A DNA stretch of 64,000 nt from Lingula anatina (GCA_051362555.1 CM120648.1:13264587-13328586), one strand, 5' to 3'. Positions 33,621 to 48,304 are shown, counted from the stretch's first letter. Numbers and translations: made by a program. Notes: generated from the sequence alone by a model not told the origin.

Positions 33621-36319
33621 TCTCTCTCATGTTTAAATCGCAGAATAAAATTATAGCGTCATATCAACAGATTTTTATGAAGAATGTTTTAATTTTGACA
33701 AATAAATCTTTCTATTTTCTTTTTACAGTAATGGAGTTCATTTTCATGATTACAGCATTTGGAATAAGAAGTGGTTAGTAAGGGATAGTAATGATAAAAA
33801 AGCAGAAAAAAATGTTTTCTTCTTAAAAATTTCAATTAAAAATGAAACTAAAGCCACATTATGGAATCCTCAGTATATATGACCACTAGTACACTATAAC
33901 TACATAGAATTCCAAACCAAAATATGCCTCACATTTTTCTCCACATGGATTATCATTACTAGTACACTGAATGAACAATTACAATAGAATATCTCCCTTG
34001 AATTTAATGAGCTGAGCTTTTCATCACAAAAGTTTTCCGATATTGAGCAAAACCTATGTACATAATTAAAAATGGAACAAATGCCTTCCTTTTAAAATAA
34101 GTATTAATTTAAATTATAGTATGGAAACTTCTTGCCTTTAAATGGATCATAATTTCGCAGTGTGACAATTAATTGCTTCCTTGCCAGCTACTAGTAAATA
34201 ATAAATCAACAGAGATTAGACTCCAATGAATTTTCACCGCCTGCTCATAAAATATGAATGCTGATTCTCTGCATACTCCGTGATATAATACAGGTGATTC
34301 AAGAAAATTGTCAGTTTTAGAATCACACTGGTGCGAATACCGAATGCAATGAAAATGTAGACAGCAAATTTGTCACAGGTGACATGAAAGGTCACAAATG
34401 ATTAGGAGTTACAGAAATGCAACAAATATCAATGACTGTGTCAAGGTAATGCTAGATTAACAGAACAGTGAGACATTTGTAATTTGTCACTAGCAACTAT
34501 GTCTGCGGCAGTGGCAGGGCAGGGGGATTGGTAACCTTGCGTGCAGCAATTTCTGCTTTTCCCCCCGAGAACTGGAGTACAAATGCTTCATGGGAGTGTG
34601 GGCTGAGGGGAGAGGGAAAAGGGAGGGGTGTAGCAGGGGCTGGGGGGGGGGGATGTGGAGGAGCAAAATCAGCGTCTACAATGAAGCTATCATATGATTT
34701 TTACACAAAGATTTCTGCTGAATAAAACCTATTCAACCATCAAATAAAATCAATGAACAAATACAATTTTAAAAACCCCGATAAACAATAACCACATTAT
34801 GATTTATATTATTATCATCATTTTGGCTCGTGTTCAAGTCTCAACTTTCCATCACATGTTTATAGTGTTCTACCTTGACCTGTGACAAAATTTACCTCAT
34901 TGTGTGACTGTTCCATGACTCAAGACTATGCACAGCACATGACAGGGGTCCCAGCCAGCTGTCCGCATCTGTCACCCTGGAAAAGAACAGACACAGTTAC
35001 AACATCTACATGCAGTACTAATGGGACTGATCTCAAGGACAGACTTCCAGACAGACTACTAGACTGTATTGGTAAATTGTGCAATTTAGCTAGTATTTTT
35101 TCAGCAGGAAAGTCAATAATATAGTCATCCAAGCACATAAGTGTGGTATCTTTCTATAGTAATTTAGACTTTTTGGACTGGTGAGAAATAAGAACACTCA
35201 CTGTCTGTTCTATATACTTTTTATTGTATATACTAGTACATATATTGATTTTCTCAAAGAAAGTAAAATGACAAGATTGTGAAAAACATTACAGAGATTT
35301 GTCTTTTTGTCTATATTTCAACACCATGTAATGTGTGTGTGTGCCCGCGCATGCACGCATTGGGGGGGGGGGGGCAGAATACTTGTTACTTGGCTCTTCC
35401 TTTTGCACTTTTTCCAAAAGTATAAGTACAGTAAAGCCCCCTTTACACTGGACAGCATCCTGTATGGCCCCTTTGAGAGTTAAAAAAAAAAAAAGAAAAA
35501 CTGCCCAACCATTCATTCTGTAACCAAAGCAATGCTTGTGACTCTTTTCTGTGACCACAAAGACGCTACTTTCATGGTTGAACAAAAGAAGCAAAAAGGA
35601 CACCGTCCAGTGTAAAGGGAGTTTAAGAAATGCATTAAATACATTGTGTCTTCCATCGAAAAAAAAGGCACTCTTGTCTTTGAGTACATGCTATAAACAC
35701 ACATGTAAACAAATTCACTCTAGTATACACACACACACACAAAAACTAGCAGTCCTGCACGCCTTTCTCCCCTCCAATTCCTGACACTTCACTGAAGATA
35801 TATATAAATATGTCCACAACTTTGTACTGAGGTGACCTCAACTACTCGATATATACTTTGCCTATCCTTGCTTCTATTTGTTATACAGCTGATCAATAGG
35901 TGAACACTACAACACAGTATTAACCTTCCGCACACATAGTGATACACCATTCTACCGTGGCCATTTCACAGTATTCTTCCTCCAATGACAGCTTTTTTCC
36001 ATCATAAAACATTTCTGCTTGGAATATTTATTTCTACTAAAAGGGTTTAAGGTTGGTTGATAAAATGATGTGCATTTGCCCTCTCCCTCCCTCTCTCTTT
36101 AAACAAGGCAGCAAAGCTGTCAAATGTACAGACAAAAAACAGGAAATAACTATGCACAAAATAGGCTACTGTCAATTCTGATGCAAAAATACATTATGTT
36201 AAACTGCAAATTCAACATCAAATTTTAATTATCCTCAACAGGTAATACCAATGTAATTAAAATATGTGACAAGTTTACACTTTGAAAATGTATAACTTCC
36301 AGAAAAAGAAGTCACTTAG

Positions 36320-38790
36320 ACTGCTTTTCCAACTCAGACTGCATTTTAGTCCTGTATTTCTTTTTTGAAAGTTTGGCAATCATAAGTAACATGGTTTTCC
36401 CATAATGGTCATCATGGCAGCAGCACCCAAAATTGTGTTTTCTTCTATTCGGATGCAATATTACATAATGGTTAACAGCATAATGAACGTCAATTTTTAA
36501 TAATAAAATATACGTATCATGGATTTTCAGAAAATGTGACTAGCATGGGTCTTCAAGCCCGTGGAACTTCAAAGTCACACCTTAAAAATGCCAATATGTG
36601 AAAAATTAAATTTTCACAAAATAACTGTTTAACTGGCAGTAAGAATTACCAAACAGACTATTTCCTACTGAAGCTGTATTTTAGTCCCATGTTTCTTTCC
36701 TGTAAGTTTGAGAACAGTAAATGACATGGTTTTTCTTAAATGGTCATCATGGGAGCAGTGCCCAAAATAGTTTTTTTTTTTTTTTCAAATTTTGATGCAA
36801 TATTACATAATGTTTAACAGCATAATGACCATCAACTTTAATAATAAAATATTGGTATTATGGATATTCAGAAAATGTGACTAGCAAAGGTCTTCAGGCC
36901 CATGGAACTTCAAAGTCACAACTTGAAAATGCCAAAATGTAAACAAGACAGCACTGTTCTGAAATGTTTTTTTTTCCATTTTTAACAATTTTTAACATAA
37001 AACAAAATTAACAGTTTTCTGCCGTTTTTATATGATCAACTAAGAAAATTGATGAGATGGGAAAAATATCAACAGAGCAGTGTTAAATGTCCAATCTCTT
37101 CCATTCTGAGATTCTGAACATAGAGAATGATTGAATTTGACAAACTGCAATGATATGAGTTTATTTCCATTTTTGAAACTTTATTACACAATACACGATA
37201 ACAAGTTTACCATCATTTTTACATAATCAACTAATAATGTTGTAAAATTGCAGGAAATGCCAAACAAACACTTTTACGTATCTTATTAGTTCAATAATGA
37301 AACTGTTTACATGCCTAAGAATTGAATCTGAGGAAATGTGAAAAAACTGCATTTCTTTAAAATAATGGCCCGATTATGCTGATTTTTGAACTCAACCTGC
37401 GTTTTAGCAGGAATGACCACTCCTGTGAGTTTAATGACAAATGGCCTATCTGTTTTTCTTATATTGTGTTTACAGTGTTGCATATATGCTGAAAAGTGAA
37501 AAAAAAAAAGCATAACTTCTACATTAATGGCCCGATCATGCTGATTTTCGAACTTGACATGCATTTTATGAATATTCATCAGCTCTGTAAATATACAGCC
37601 AAAAAGTAAAACTGCCTTCCACTTATTTTGTTTACAATGAAAGTGCATGGCGCCGGCGACAGCGACAGTGACAGCAACGACGGCGACGACAGACGCAGGT
37701 GATGGCAATATGTACAGACACATCTGTACATATCAACTGTACTGTTTGAGAACAGTAAGTGACATGGTTTTTCTTAAATGGTCATCATGGGAGCAGTGCC
37801 CATAATAGGTTTTTTTCAAATTTTGATGCAATATTACATAATGTTTAACAGCATAATGATCATCAATTTTTAATGATAAAATATTAGTATCATGGACAAA
37901 TAGTAAACGTGACTAACAAAGGTTTTTAGGCCGATGGAACTTCAAAGTCACGACTTAAAGATGCCAAAATGTAAACAAGACTGCACTGTTCTGAAATGGG
38001 TTTATTTCCATTTTTAACACTTTTTTAACATAAAACAAAATTAATAGGTTACTGCCATTTTTATAAGATCAACTAAAATAATTGATGAGATGTGAAAAAT
38101 ATCAATAGAACAGTGTTAAATGTCCAATTTCTTCCATTCTGAGATTCTGAACATAGTGAATGATTGAATCTGACAAACTGCAATGATATGAGTTTATTTC
38201 CATTTTTGACACTTTATTACACAATACACGATAACAAGTTTACCATCATTTTTACATAATCAACTAACAATGTTGTAAAGATGCAGGAAATGTCAAACAA
38301 ACACTTTTACGTATCTTATTACTTAAATAATAAGGCTATTAACATGCCTAAGAATTAAATCTGAGGAAATCTGAAGAAATGTGAAAAAACAGCATAACTT
38401 CTAAAATAATGCACTGATTATGCTGATTTTCGAACTCAACCTGCGTTTTAGTAAGACTGACCATTCCTGTGAGTTTCATGACAATAGACCTAACGGTTTT
38501 CCTTAAAATGTGTTTACAAGGTTGCATATATGCTGAAAAGTGAAAAAACAGCATAACTTCTACAGTAATGGCCCGATCATGCTGATTTTCGAACTTGACC
38601 TGCGTTTTATGAATATTCATCAGCTCTGTAAATATAAAGCCAAAAAGTAAAACTGCCTTCCACTTATCGTGTTTACAAGGAAAGTGCACGGCGACGGCGA
38701 CGGCATCGGCATCGGCATCGCCATCGGCATCGGCATCGGCGACGACAGACGCAGGTGATGGCAATATGTACAGACACATCTGTGTCTGTA
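36320..38790. repeat. About 1.04-kb tandem duplication (36706-37727 and 37744-38783) plus a partial copy (about 36320-36600) of an interspersed-repeat-like unit ending in (GGCATC/GGCGAC)n
   Basis: Colinear diverged copies starting GTTTGAGAACAGTAA and ending GACGCAGGTGATGGCAATATGTACAGACACATCTGT. Confidence 0.9.
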
Positions 38791-38863
38791 CATAAAAATG
38801 AAAAGAGATGAAAACAATTTAAGGGGGATACCATAAAATGGACCAAATACTTTATGTATTTTA

Positions 38864-39036
38864 CTGGGGTAGCGCTAACACTCGCCAATTTAGCCAAATG
38901 CTAAAACTGACTTAAATTGGCTGAAGAAAATGGGCTTGATTTGACATGTTTTAGCCAAATTATAACCATTTTGATAACAAATTGACAAAAATGTGGTGCT
39001 TTGGCTAAGTGATAAAAATTGCTAGCGCTTCCCCAG
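38864..39036. mobile_element. MITE family A copy 3
   Basis: CTGGGGTAGCGCTA ... TAGCGCTTCCCCAG. Confidence 0.85.
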
Positions 39037-39384
39037 TTATGCATTACGAAGGGAGATTAAAACAAGGCTGGTGGCTGACAAGTAAAACACTAGACATTGT
39101 TGTCCAACACTGTCACAATGAATGTTTATCTGCCACCAGAGCCGAAAATAAGTTATGATAATATATAATTCATAAATTAGTCTGCACAAAGACGCCCTGA
39201 TTAATGTTCATGCAACTCCCCCAAGAGAATATGTGAACCAGTGGCTGTAACTTCAATCAACAAAGGGAATGACATGAGAACTGATGAAAACTGATATTTT
39301 GTTTCTGATTGACTTAAACTCAGGGTTAAAATGTGTTGGTAATGGGGGGAGGGGGGGGGCATCCAAAAATATTCTCTCTGTCTG

Positions 39385-39419
<35 letters not shown>

Positions 39420-42400
39420 CATACATTCATGGCTGCAATTTGACACCAGAAACTTTCAGCCATCTCAATAATAATCGTGCGAAAAGAAAGAACCCATCCA
39501 ATTTCCTTTAGTACACTACAAATCATACATCACTCAAAGGCATTGTGAACAATCTGCATCAGACTAAGGCATTCAAACCCAGGGTTTTCGTTAGTTTTTT
39601 TCTTTTCATTTTTAATTTATTAATTTTTGGGGGGGTTGGGGTCTATGAAAAAACTTTATAAATATGAACAGATACTGACTAAAGAAATGACCCATCGTTT
39701 GTCAGTTGACATTTAGATAAATCCACCTTAAGAAGAAAATCTGCCTTGCTGAGATCTCTGCCGCCAAATCACATGTTCTACCTAAACAGAAGCTAGGAAA
39801 TCAATTACAATCAATTAGAAGTGGGTCGCATTATCTCCGACCTCATGTGGAAATCAATGTTAATGTGTTATTCTCGTCATGTTTTTCTGTATGTCCTAAT
39901 GCACTTGTTGTTATTTGGTCCCCACGTGAATTCTCTATCCGCAAAGGAGGGGGGGGGGGTTCGGAATAAGAAGAACATCAGTCGGTGGGCTCATTCCAAT
40001 CAGTTTTGTTACAGCCAAATCAAAAATTCCTCACTAGCAAGAAATGGCTGAAGGATCATCATAATATCCTGAATTAGCCACAGCAAGTGCTGGCGTTGTG
40101 AGGCTTTCTCCTTGGACTGTACTGTGTGGCCTAATGCATTGCCAGCTTCATTTCCTATCATCTTGGATGTATGTGTGTGAATCAGTATAAATCACTAAAA
40201 AGGCAGCGCATTCATCTCCAGACAGAACGACATAAATTTCATTCTGAGGCAGTTTGATGCAGACAGTTGTCACAAACTGCATTTTATTTCAATACAACAG
40301 CAATATGCTCAGACAAATTTGTAATTTAGTGAAATATTCCACCGTCTTATTAGCCAAAATAAGGAATTATTTTGTCATTTTTCACAAGTTGGTCACTGCC
40401 TGGAATGACTCAATGGGCCAAAATTATCAAACTTTCAGATATGTAATTTTATAATCACAGATTAACATTTCTATGTAGCATTTGTGGTGCTTTCACTGCA
40501 AAGAGTATAACTATAGATTTGCCTTTTTTTTTTTTAAATTTATAACCATATTATATACTGCCCTTCTCCCAGACAGACACCTAAAGGTCTTAAAAAAAAA
40601 AAAAAATTCACAGCCTTTGAGTCCAATTAATTTGATTTTCATGAACAACGGAAGTTCATCAGTTTTGGCAAATAAAACATATTCACTGTTCTAGTTCCTA
40701 GAACCCATTATCTCACAAACTTAAAACTAACTGTCTGAAATCTTTTAACATCCTGGTGTGTGCGCAATGATGAGGGCGGTTTATCTAGGTCAGCATTGAA
40801 GTCTTGGTAGGCGATTATATAACCCACCTTTCTGCCAGCCCACACACTAACAGCACTGACGCTTTTTATGCTAAACATATGCTGCCATTAGACTTTCTCT
40901 TTCTTACCTTCCTCTTTAAAAATTTCAAAATAAAATGTGGAGTACTTTACCACTGTATCAGTACTTTAGTACGGTTATTAAATACTTTTAAAGCAATAAA
41001 TGAGAAATTGCTAAGACTTAAAATTGTTACGTTTTAAGAGCACAGCAAAAAAGAAAAAAAAATTGCACAGACTAAAGTGACAGCAATTTTATGGTTCTGC
41101 ACTTGATATAAACCTGGGTTGAAAACAGTTACATCACGCAACTGTGACAGAGACAGGAACAAATTGCACAAAAAAAATAAATGCAGAGGTTAAAATGCAT
41201 TTTCATACAGACAAAAACCTTAACAATCACGTTCACTTCGCTTGGACCAATTCCAAATTCCAAAATATATATATATTTTTTTTTTGTGATAATGTCCTTG
41301 GAGGCTTATTCATCATATTCCACAAAGAACACTATTAAATGTACTTAAAAGCAATGGTCAATGTTTTTAGGGATTAATGTCAGTTTTTCTTTAATGACAA
41401 CATGTTTGTACAGAGTGACTATGGATTTTGCATCACCCAAAGAACAAAAACAAATCTCTTCCTTTATTAAATGAAAAACAATTGAAAATATAATACATAT
41501 CTAAAATTTGTCCAAAATCTAATATTTTTAAAACTTTAAAGCTTAGTTAATAATTTACCAATCTATACACAGTACATTTCATGCCATTTCAATTTTTTTA
41601 CTAAACACACGAAAAGACAAATGAAAATGCTATGAGGAAATAGCAAAACCATTTGTAGGTATTACATTATAAAAAGATAAGGGGAACTCTCGAAATTACA
41701 CTAATATTCTTTTACAAAACTGACCTAAACCCCATTTCTTCGGTCCTTTTTTCATGCTAGTGTGCACATATACCAAGCGCAGTTTTTCCTATCTCTTCAT
41801 CAGACCTACTTGTCAAGATTTACAAAGATTGAAAACTACTCAGAGGTCTAGCCACATAAAATACAACTTGTAACAGAGGTATGACACACAATTTTTTTAA
41901 CCACTCAGAAAGAAATGATAAACAACTTATCTATTCCACATATGATATATACTGGTAGAGCATTTATACTGGTCTAGACACTGAGAATGCATAAAATGAT
42001 AATTGCATAATACAACTACAAAGGCACTCAGAGAGGGCTTACCTTGGCCAAGACAAATAATTTTAACAGATAATTAACCATTAACTTATTAATTAATCCA
42101 TCTCCACCAAAATCTTAGCCTGTTTCTGACTTGTCTTGAAAATCTCATCAAAATCCATCCACAAGTTTCAGCATAATGTTGCTAACAAACTAGCTACTTG
42201 TATAGTAGTAACTAACTAACTAACTAACAGAACCAAAAACATACTAGTTACCTCCCCGGTGGAAGTAAAAATAAAGAAAACAGAAACAAATACAATTATC
42301 TGCTCTCTCAAAATATATACAAAATCCAAAGGCTCATCTTTTTTAACTTCAAAAGAAATAAATCGTCCACAGAGACAAAAATGTCCACATCTGATACAAG

Positions 42401-43499
42401 TGTCATTTGACTTCAATGGCACACTCAGACTGCCTTTGATCCATATACCATATACCAGAACCATCATCTCTGCACACAAAATATCAAAAGATATTAAATA
42501 TTTAGTGAACTTTTTTGTGGTGGGTTCAAGGTAAATGTGCTCTGCATCCAGTTGAAGCACACGCAAAATTTGTCCATCATTTATACCCGAGTTTGACATT
42601 TAATTTTTTTTATTTTTTATTTCTCTCGTCGATATACCTGTTTCACTTTAACATTTACATTAAATCCTTTACTCAACAGAAGAACTTACAACAGTTAAAT
42701 GCTAAAGGTATGAAATACCAAATCAGTAAATGATATTCCAGCCAACAATTACAGTTTATATGCCTCTGCATTAATCTAATGTACTAACACAAGTGCCCAA
42801 ATATAAATATGACACGTTTTAAGATAAATCATCACCCTGCAAAAGCCAATCACTGTGTTGAAATTCACTTACCTTTCTCATATGATTTATTCAAACAAAG
42901 CCAACTATGTATGTATACTCTCAATCTAAACATTTCTTGGAGAAAATCATACCATGACAGTCTAAAAGTGCTTTCCATATGCAGTGAAGTACTACTGGTA
43001 ATTTATTTATAAGGAAACCACATGCCTGTATTCCTTAGAACTACCCTTGAGGTTACTTTTATTATACCATAATCTGTTAATGAGAAAGTAACTTGTGTCG
43101 AGAGAAAACACCGTAGTCAGTCAATCAATTCAGTTTGTTATTATTGTAATTGAAAATAGGATCAAAGTGTCAAGGGTCCCTGCTTATTATGGTCGTAGAA
43201 ATCAAGACACGGGCACGTTTTCCCAAGTAAAAAATGCTCTGTTCAAACAGCAATTGACTGTCACGATAAGCAGCGATTAAAGGGCGCGCAAATTGACTAC
43301 AATGACTGCAGATGCCTCTTAAAACACCTGCCTTCGCAGGAAAAGATGCGAGATGCCAATATTTTCTCAAACATGCTACCTATTTGCAAATGATTTTTTA
43401 CACATTCTCATTGGCAAAGTTCAAGCAAAATGCGTGCATTTTAACCCATGGGCACTCCGGTACACCAAGCCATGCGACTAATTATTGATCATGAGATAC

Positions 43500-43910
43500 A
43501 CTTACCAAATTTCGCATAAAATACCGGCTCTTCTGACCCAAATCTTGTTTCCGAACAAAAGATTACCACTGCGCATTTCCATGCGCATAATTTTGCGATT
43601 TCCGGTGATTATGAAAGGGCTGAAAGGATTGATAAATTGATACTGTTCGTTTCAACGATGGGGATTTATAGGGTATAAAAACTGACTGGTAAAAACATTT
43701 CTTACATTTTATTACACATTCGATGAAGTCTTAAATCATTCACGCAAAGACCTTTAGAATTTTAATGTTTTGTCTGAGATTGAAAGTCTAATACCTTTTC
43801 TTTTTACGCATGCGCGATGGAACAGCGGTCGGTACGAAAAAAGAAAACAAAGCAACTTTGAACAAGAAACTTTCAAAATAGAAAGAAACTTGGGCTGAGA
43901 TGAGTAAGTA
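43500..43910. promoter_or_regulatory. Bidirectional promoter with the first exons of the zinc-finger gene (minus, donor about 43506) and a plus-strand gene (donor about 43903)
   Basis: CpG-richer patch; NRF1-like TGCGCA repeats at 43570-43588 and GCATGCGC at 43808; TTCCGG at about 43600; donors TTTG|gtaagt (minus) and ATGA|gtaagt (plus). Confidence 0.6.
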
Positions 43911-44894
43911 TTATTTCAAAAAAATAACGGGTTATACTGTACGATTCTCACAGTTTACAATTGTTGGTTTTATATGTATTTCCCGGTACTTGCCGTGTTT
44001 ATCACTCAATCCTAGCTCAGGCTATGCAGCTTAGTACTAGTAGAAGTATTTATTCACAATATAATTCACAGATCGAATACATTTTCCTCACCAGCCAACA
44101 CAGTTAACAAATATCCACAAGTATCAGTCCTGCTCTCTCTGATGCGGGTAAATATACACATCAACTATTTAGAATATATGCATCAGGGTGTCAGATGTTT
44201 CTCAGATGGCAGAATAAAATTGAGAATGGTGTGTGTTTCGGGGGGGGGGGGGGGGGGGGGTACAGACACATAAAATGCCCCCTCCCCCTGTTTCACTGTT
44301 AATACCCAGTTTTTGTAGATGAGGTAAAATCAAGGCCCATTGACATATCATCTCCAAGAATAGTTGGCAATATTTATGATTAAGAAAGCACAACTGGGTA
44401 GTTATCTTGGGAATGGCTTTGGCAACACATTGCCTTGTCCAATTACATAAGATAAAATTGGAAAATATTGCAGTCGCAACACCTTACATATTTTGTCTTA
44501 CTTGTCAAAAGTTTAATGACACATGCATCAGCATTGTGCAATTGATTTCCAAGGTACAATGCCACTTACGCAAATGCTGCATTCTCTGTGAAAAATTTGT
44601 TTCCACGCATTGAATGTTTTAACAAAAAATCCCTCGTTCCTCAATCGCTGTCCTACATACAGGACATTTAAACTGAACATTTAAACTATTTCCATGCAGT
44701 AATGTTCTCATTATTTTTGTGTAAAACATGAATCAACAGTTGTTATAACTGACCTGAATGTCTTGAATAGATTTAAAAAGTTTTTCATTAAAAAAATAAA
44801 TAATTTATATGTGGACACGTTAGGTGGGGACTTGAAATATTATTATCAACATTATTATTATTATGTTTATAATTATTATGTTTATTTAGGACCA

Positions 44895-46360
44895 ATGGCA
44901 GATTCAGTCAGAGAGTTGAAGGAAAACTGCCCTCCAGCTGTGCGACAGGGACACAGACCTAGACATTTCTGTGGTAGTTCTAAACCTTTGAGAGAATCAA
45001 ACACAGGAGATATGCCAGTATTGAAGAGTACAGCCTCCAGATATGAAGAGGGGCAGTCATACCAACAAGCTAAGAGAGTGGAGAAAGAGGAGAAGGAAAA
45101 CAGGCCCAGAAAACCATCAGGCAGAAAAACAAGACAGAAAACAAAACAATCAAATTTAGATTTTAAAATTTTTCATAATTATACACAGATGTCAGCACCA
45201 TTCATGCAATCCAATAATATAAAAAAGATGAAGGTGCCTCAGAGGCCAATTTCAAAGACTTCAGATTATGTTCCAAAACCAGCAAACCATGACTTTATGC
45301 CAGCAAGTAGAGACCATATGATAAAACTACAGGGACCTCTGCCTAGGAATCTCCAAGGAAGCCCAGAATCTCAACTCTCAAACTGGACAGAGAGGAACCG
45401 TGGCACATGTACATCTGGTTACCATAGCGACACAGATACAGAAGCCATAGCAACCAGCAGTCAAGTTGATGATTGCAATGTAGCAACTGAAGTCATGGTA
45501 ACTGCAAGTAATTTTACTGTGTCTCAAAGTGGTACAGACACAGAAACTGTGGTAACCAACAAAATGGACAGTTACCATAGAAACACATTTAAGAGAGCCA
45601 TAACCACAGATAGAAAGGCTTGTTGCCAAGGTGATGCAACCATGGCAACCAAAAGGACAAATAGCCACTGTAGCAGTGGTGACATTCATGATTCTAGTAA
45701 CAACATACAGCATTTGTCACCTTTGAGTAACATTAGCTCGACAATGTTTGTTTGTCACCGGAGTCCGTCTGGCCATCCTGTTCAAAGCAATGTTAGCGAA
45801 CAAGCTAGTGTAGACTACAGAGGTAGTACCAGAGCTAGTGGGAGATCAACATTTGGCTGCAGACTATCCAGAGGGCAACAGACAGCTAAGACATCCCATA
45901 TCAACTCTGATACCCACTCTGCATCAGGCTATAAGGTCTGTTGTAATTCTGGGTGACTTAATTTTTTTCTCTATATTAAAAAAAACATTGCAGTAGACCA
46001 ATGCCACAGACAGAGAAGAGTTTTTACAGCTATTTTAGAGAAGGATATATTTATTCTTGCGATCCATTAAGCTCTGTCTTTTTATTCTGAAACTTTTTTC
46101 TTTGCCATCTTATCATGCCAGAAAGGAATTTATGGTAATCATTTTTTTTATGCATTAATAGTTTTCATACATACTTTGTCTACTAGACCAGTGATGTTGG
46201 GAGTGCTAGCGACAGTGTGACATTATATTGTCAGTCAGACAACACCCTCACAACAAAGGAATTAGAGACCCCCTACACTGCTGCCCCCTATTGTGAAAAT
46301 GAGATGAATGAAGCAGAGAAAGTGCAACACTGGTTGAATGTCTCATCTTTTCAAACTGAG
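44895..46360 (+). CDS. Uncharacterised, largely disordered protein; coding exons 44895-45935 and 46187-46360 (405 codons), 3' end unresolved
   Basis: Acceptor ttatttag| then ATG (MADSVRELKENCPP). The 347-codon exon ends AAG|gt; the next exon is in phase 0 (TSDVGSAS...EKVQHWLNVSSFQTE|gtaagt). No recognisable domain. Confidence 0.65.
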
Positions 46361-48304
46361 GTAAGTGCAATTTTATTGCTAAGCAATTATTTTTTTCTCA
46401 AAAAGGTGTCTAATTTCTTTCAATTTTGAAATTCAGATATTTGGACTTGTACTTATCTACTAGTATGTTCCTGCCAAATTTGTACTATACATGCAATATA
46501 GTTTTTGTAAAAAAAATATTAGAGTCAAAACTCAGCCTATAAGACGAAAGGAAAAGCCATAGAATGCCCCAAACATAATGAGATGGTATCAGCTGGTTGA
46601 GATGTCTTCTCTAACGCAATCCATTATTGCTAGAGTCAATATTTGCACCCAGAGCATGATGGCTCTGTTTGTTTTCATATCATGGCAGTTGAATTGCTAT
46701 CTGACCCCTGTGCTTGCCATCTGCCCCAGGGAAGCAGGGTGCACTGTCATAGGTGGTTTATAAAAAGTAGGGGTCATGTTTTTATACGTGTCTGCTGTAT
46801 AAAATATGGCAACAAAGAAAAAATTAAGGTTGTTTTCTCAATGGCAAACTTTTATGCCAACAATTTATCTGAAATTTTGGAGCTGGACATAAAAATTTGT
46901 AAAACAGTCACAAATTAGAAAAAAGAGGAGCAATATAAAGTTAAAACAGGCACAGAATTAATGTTGCACATACTTGTTGAAAACAATTTAAATGTGTCAG
47001 TTTGATCCCAATTTGTAGGTATTTTTGAATACTTTTTCTTTTTCGTAAAGCATGTGGTAACATTTGCTTCTTGTTAAAAGTGTTTACTTTTTCTTAGCAT
47101 GAGAGAGCACTTTCAGAAATATTACAGTGAGACCATGGTTAATTAATTGTGTAGAATGTGATATAATGATGGGAGTATATTTGTTGTTTTAAAGTGTAAT
47201 TTGCGGTGATGTTTGTTGTTGTAGTCAAGTCAAAGGTCGCTGTACTCTTCCATCAAAGGTTTCCACCTTTTTTTCTTTATTATATCTTGAAAAGAGTTTA
47301 TTGTTTATTAAAGCCTTTCTTAGAAATGCTAGTAGATACTAAATTGTAAATATTGGATATTTAAATGAATGTGCAAGTGCTGCAGATAGCTTATTAATTG
47401 GAATAAAAATTAAAAGGTATAAATAGTATACAGTAACCATCTCCAGTTTTAACAAGCTCATATAGATTCTAATGATCATTTAATATAAAAGAAACTGATT
47501 GCTTATCCCACTGATGAAGTGCATTCTCCAAAGGAAAAATCATCAGGATTATTTATGTTAGTAAGAATACTGTCAAACTTCCCAGACAAAACACTGTAGC
47601 AGTCAATCTCTTGCACAGTCAATTGTGCCGAGACTGAAGAGTGTTTTTATAGGAAAAAATCCAAATAATGGAGAGAGCTATTTAAGATCAATTAAGCCCC
47701 AAGTGTGAATAGATTGAGAGGTAATAAAGGATAAAGTAACCATTTAGCGCACAATGGGTAATGATGTATTGATTGCGATTAGTGCTGTGTGTTGTGGGTA
47801 TTGTGGTGCAGCGAGATGTTATGTTAGGCAGAAAGGAGGTCGTAGTGCTTCATTAGGCTTTACTTTATTACAGAGGTCCTCAAAGGAGTATGAACTTCTG
47901 TTTTATTTAGCATCGTGCCATTTGTGTTATTTCACCCTAAAGTCAGAGGTATCACATTGACCCGATCACTTGGTGCGATAAAAGATATTGGTAGAGACTG
48001 ATGCAGATACAGTCAAGCATATTTTTTCCCCCCAAATACATGGTTTGTGAAAAAGGTTTTCATGGGTCTACAGTTTGGCAGCTTTTGACCCACCCTGTAC
48101 GGAGGCAAGGCAAAGATCTTTGTTACCCTTCCTGAGTGTGCCAGTACATAGTGGATTATCAGGTGATTTGTAATGTCTTGACACCCTACAGAGCTCTGTC
48201 TGCATGTCTGCTGTCTAGTTATCAGGGAGCCAGGGATTTCACAGGTAAGCTGCATTGGGATATCCGTTAATGTTGGTATAACTGTTGCAGAGGGGGAGGG
48301 GGTC

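Noticed and set aside
34590-34660. G-rich tract able to form a G-quadruplex
   Set aside because: Poly-G/C runs are common throughout the window, and nothing points to function here.
37307-38897. Two similar 138-143 aa ORFs suggesting a duplicated gene
   Set aside because: They are the same stretch of a tandem non-coding repeat, include microsatellite-derived residues and have no domain or splice support.
44763-44889. Tyr-rich N-terminal extension of the 397-aa ORF
   Set aside because: Intronic (TAT)-rich sequence upstream of the acceptor at 44889.
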